This document shows, in pieces, positions 61,801-64,000 of a DNA stretch of 64,000 nt. Position numbers and translations under genes: made by a program. Location: NCBI GenBank assembly GCA_020444515.1, contig JAHLKX010000011.1, forward strand, positions 28,862 through 92,861, written 5' to 3'. This DNA is from Bacteroidota bacterium. Lineage in GTDB: Bacteria; Bacteroidota; Bacteroidia; Bacteroidales; JAADJA01. The notes below the pieces were generated by a model. It searched no databases. It was not told where the DNA came from and saw only the letters and a list, made by a program, of their open reading frames with translations. The first letter of the stretch is position 1; each line of letters starts with the position of its first letter.

Positions 61801-63139
61801 ACCGACTGACTTTTTTCCCCGCAATCAGTATTTGAGAATCCAACTGTTGCTGAGTAAGCCGCTTAAGACCTGTATTACGGTGTAATTGATGGATGATCCC
61901 CTCAACAACAATGACCGATCCATCCACAATTAATCCAAAGTCGATGGCGCCCAGGCTCATTAGATTTGCAGAAACACCAAACAGGTTCATCATTGAAAAA
62001 GCAAACAACATGGAGAGCGGAATCACGGAAGCTACAATCAAACCAGCCCGGTAATTACCCAGTAGCAAAACCAGGACGAAGATAACGATAAGCCCGCCTT
62101 CGATCAGATTTTTGGAAACGGTATTGATGGTCTTTTTGATCAGCCTGGCACGATCCAGGTAAGCATGAACCTTTAATCCTTCAGGAAGGATTTTACGCAA
62201 TTCATCCATCCGTGACTTTACTTCTTTGATAACCTGGGCGGTATTGGCCCCTTTCAGCATGAGGGTGATGCCACCAACAGCTTCCCCTTTACCGTCCTTG
62301 GTCATAGCACCATAGCGCGGTGGGGAGGATATTTTGACTTCGGCTACATCACTAATGAGGATGGGTATTCCATTGATATTTTTAACGACAATATTTTCAA
62401 TATCATGGTTGTCTTTGATCATTCCTTCAGCCCTGATGTAATATGCACCCGGACCTTTTTCGATATAGCTGCCACCCGAATTCTGATTGTTTGCTTCCAG
62501 GGCATCAAAAACTTCCAGGATGGTGATATCCATGGCCACCAGTGTTCTTGGATTGATTGAAACCTCATATTGCTTGAGAAATCCGCCAAAACTGCTGATC
62601 TCTACAATTCCGGGAATTCCCGAAAGGTAGCGTTTAATGATCCAGTCCTGAATGGTGCGTATGGTCATTGGATCATATACATTCTCATAACCCGGTTCCG
62701 GTTCAATCACATATTGGTAAATCTCTCCAAGGCCCGTTGTTATAGGCATCATTTCAGGTTTTCCATAACCATCAGGAATGTCGTTCTCTGCAATTTTTAT
62801 TTGCTCACTTACCAGTTGCCGGGCAAGATAAGGACTTACCTTATCCTTAAAAACAACTGTAACCACCGATAATCCTGAGCGGGAAATCGACCGGATCTCT
62901 GTCACATCCTGAATATTGGCCATGGTCATTTCAATAGGAAATGTAATGAATTGCTCAACTTCCTGTGGCGCCAGTGAAGGTGAAACCGTAATTATTTGAA
63001 CCTGGTTATTGGTAATATCAGGAACCGCATCAATCGGGAGAATGGTAAAATTATACACTCCCCAGGCAACCAGGGCCAGGGTAAGTAATCCGATGATCAA
63101 TCGGTTTTTTACCGAAAAATCGATGATCTTTTCAATCAT
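58817..63139 (-). CDS. czcA: CzcA/CusA heavy-metal RND efflux pump with fused C-terminal TolC/CzcC-like domain
   Basis: LPIDAVPDITNNQVQ, GAIDFGLIVDG, GFIALFGVAVLNG, RLRPVIMTA, AEVQKPLATVVIGG; ~400-aa outer-membrane-factor tail (LSLDEAIAIA...). Confidence 0.95.
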   Translation of the reverse strand: MIEKIIDFSVKNRLIIGLLTLALVAWGVYNFTILPIDAVPDITNNQVQIITVSPSLAPQEVEQFITFPIEMTMANIQDVTEIRSISRSGLSVVTVVFKDKVSPYLARQLVSEQIKIAENDIPDGYGKPEMMPITTGLGEIYQYVIEPEPGYENVYDPMTIRTIQDWIIKRYLSGIPGIVEISSFGGFLKQYEVSINPRTLVAMDITILEVFDALEANNQNSGGSYIEKGPGAYYIRAEGMIKDNHDIENIVVKNINGIPILISDVAEVKISSPPRYGAMTKDGKGEAVGGITLMLKGANTAQVIKEVKSRMDELRKILPEGLKVHAYLDRARLIKKTINTVSKNLIEGGLIVIFVLVLLLGNYRAGLIVASVIPLSMLFAFSMMNLFGVSANLMSLGAIDFGLIVDGSVIVVEGIIHQLHRNTGLKRLTQQQLDSQILIAGKKVSRSAVFGVLIILIVYIPILAFTGIEGKTFKPMAQTVSFALLGALILSLTYVPMMASLALSKKVVNKTTFSDRIVAFLQRSHSPVLNFALKYRIMMISLTLLILVISFLAFARMGGEFIPTLEEGDLAAQMTLAPGSSLTESIASSTKAEKILLDNFPEVVEVVSKIGTAEVPTDPMAIEDADIMIILKEKEEWTSAKTREELVEKMKEKLSVLPGLSFEFQQPIQLRFNELMTGVKADVAVKIYGEDLDQLYSKANEAAAIIQEVEGAGDVKVEQIVGLPQLVINYKRDKLAQYGLNINDINRIIKMAYAGESAGVIFEGEKRFDLVVRLCETCRNEFKSVQNLRINPPTGELITLSQVADISIQQGPMQISRDNTKRRITIGINVRNRDVESFVNEVNEKLTAQLIIPPGYYITYGGQFENLQDARRTSSIAVPIALATILVLLYFAFYSLRQSIMIFTAIPLAAVGGIWALYLRGMPFSISAGVGFIALFGVAVLNGIVLISYYNQLRDEGVDDIMERVKKGTRLRLRPVIMTASVAALGFFPMALSSAPGAEVQKPLATVVIGGLVTSTFLTLVILPVIYVMFNKGLHMRKSKKLPVTVIALFMLFSGYSLQAQDQTRILSLDEAIAIAQENNVNIQNATLEIEAAQKLKKSGFNLPPAELEYQDGQINSDLRDHYWSVRQPFSFPTVYTSQVKYYRELERLKENQFHMVQQNLLKEVKSTYSRWTMRYQKYLIFLEMDSIYDRFRAATDLQYETGDINQLASVLSGSESLKIKTQLMEADAELVSEQQNLLQLLGIEEKIVPVEGALKFTAPLILKDSINDTSNVVTQYIWQLAELQRRSFNRQKMMHLPDFFVGYFNQSIDRTNGFEGFQVGATLPLWFWSNSGKVQATKIDMQMAENSFEYEKQSLRNKLEKQFTALDSYRASLAYYEEGALEKANTLIENLVVSYQSGDINYLDYARYTAIAFDIKLRYLDILERYNTAIIEIEYLIAQ

Positions 63140-63218
63140 AACACATATAGTTTAAAACGATATAAAAGTACGAAATAAATAAGAGGCAGACACAACTACC
63201 CAAAACAGGAATGTCGTT

Positions 63219-63596
63219 CTAAACTAAAAGCGGTGGGCCACGGTTTACATGCCGCGATAAAATAAAAAGATAAGGGGGCGGAAATTCATGATCAGGCCGG
63301 GGGTATTTCTCCTGGCTGATGTGGGCAACAGAATCAAATTCAATAAATTGCAGGCTTGCATGATCAAAATAAACAATATCCTGATTTCCAGCATCCTTAA
63401 AATTCTCAAGGTGGTGATTTCCTAAATTAAATGAAAGAGATCTCGTTAAAACCTTGAAGATGTCAGTATCCAATTCATGGGTATCAAATGCAACCGCTGT
63501 ATTGGGATGACTGTGAACATGGGGTATAAAAGCGTGCATAAGGGTCAGAAAAAAAGCAAATAGAATCACTTTATATTTTTTTCTGAATCGGTTCAC
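63219..63596 (-). CDS. His-rich leader ORF with an N-terminal hydrophobic segment and a C-terminal RGPP motif
   Basis: GTG start; KKYKVILFAFFLTLMHAFIPHVHSH...LGNHHLENF...EFPPPY...HVNRGPPLLV*; ends 79 nt upstream of czcA. Confidence 0.75.
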   Translation of the reverse strand: MNRFRKKYKVILFAFFLTLMHAFIPHVHSHPNTAVAFDTHELDTDIFKVLTRSLSFNLGNHHLENFKDAGNQDIVYFDHASLQFIEFDSVAHISQEKYPRPDHEFPPPYLFILSRHVNRGPPLLV

Positions 63597-63638
63597 AGCC
63601 TGTTTGATTTGTGTTATTTATATCTGATCTGAATAATG

Positions 63639-63646
63639 TATCTTTG
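63639..63646 (+). promoter_or_regulatory. Bacteroidota sigmaA -7 element
   Basis: TATCTTTG upstream of the flavodoxin gene. Confidence 0.55.
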
Positions 63647-63695
63647 CAAACGCAAATAAAAGAAAAATGTTCATTCTATAAAAGATTAAGCTGAA

Positions 63696-64000
63696 ATGAA
63701 AAAAATAGGTTTGTTTTACGGAACAACATCAGGAAAAACAAAGAGAGTAGCCGAACAGATCAAAAAAGAATTTGGCGAGAAAACTGTGGATCTGTTTGAT
63801 ATCAAGCAGATTAAACCAGAAGATATCCTTAAATATGACAACCTCATTTTTGGCACCTCTGCCTGGGGTATTGTTGATATGCAGGATGATTGGGAGGTAT
63901 TCATTGATGATATGGTAGAACTTGACCTGAAGGGAAAAATCATTGCCTTATACGGCCTTGGCGACCAAAAAGAATATCCAGGCAGTTTTGCGGATGCTCT
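63696..64000 (+). CDS. fldA: Flavodoxin (long-chain type), 3' end outside the window
   Basis: Manual translation: MKKIGLFYGTTSGKTKRVAEQI...LIFGTSAWG...QDDW...IALYGLGDQKEYPGSFADA; absent from the ORF track. Confidence 0.92.
   Translation, partial: MKKIGLFYGTTSGKTKRVAEQIKKEFGEKTVDLFDIKQIKPEDILKYDNLIFGTSAWGIVDMQDDWEVFIDDMVELDLKGKIIALYGLGDQKEYPGSFADA

Noticed and set aside
63716-63943. Minus-strand 75-aa ORF
   Set aside because: Antisense shadow of the flavodoxin gene

Overview
This is a gene-dense chromosomal segment of a Bacteroidota (Bacteroidales-like) bacterium. The assignment rests on repeated TAnnTTTG promoter elements, a T9SS substrate, fused SecDF and fused CzcA-TolC. Housekeeping genes: slyD-type PPIase, pta, folA-thyA-nupC-bifunctional nuclease, membrane pyrophosphatase, grpE-dnaJ, an ABC-2 transporter, secDF, a tatA-family gene, a K+ channel, DUF2851, a LytS/LytTR pair and flavodoxin. 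The ORF track misses two genes that run off the window ends: a >1300-aa Cache/multi-TM receptor-like protein (<1..3902, minus) and a flavodoxin (63696..>64000). Accessory content includes a low-GC, co-oriented island (~15.4-21.6 kb) with attC-like palindromes, a P3A-type H+-ATPase paired with a HEAT protein, an ICMT-HEAT fusion, a surface lipoprotein with a caspase/gingipain-like His-Cys dyad, a Gly-rich fibre-like protein and a T9SS substrate split by one in-frame TGA. The best candidate for an undescribed system is the metal locus at the right end. There, an MntR/DtxR-ZupT-porin uptake operon with tandem operators runs head-on into a czcA(C)-czcB efflux operon. The efflux operon is led by a His-rich ORF ending in an RGPP ribosome-arrest-like motif. 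I saw no rRNA, tRNA, CRISPR array, integrase or transposase. Family calls come from motif recognition by eye, with no database searches.
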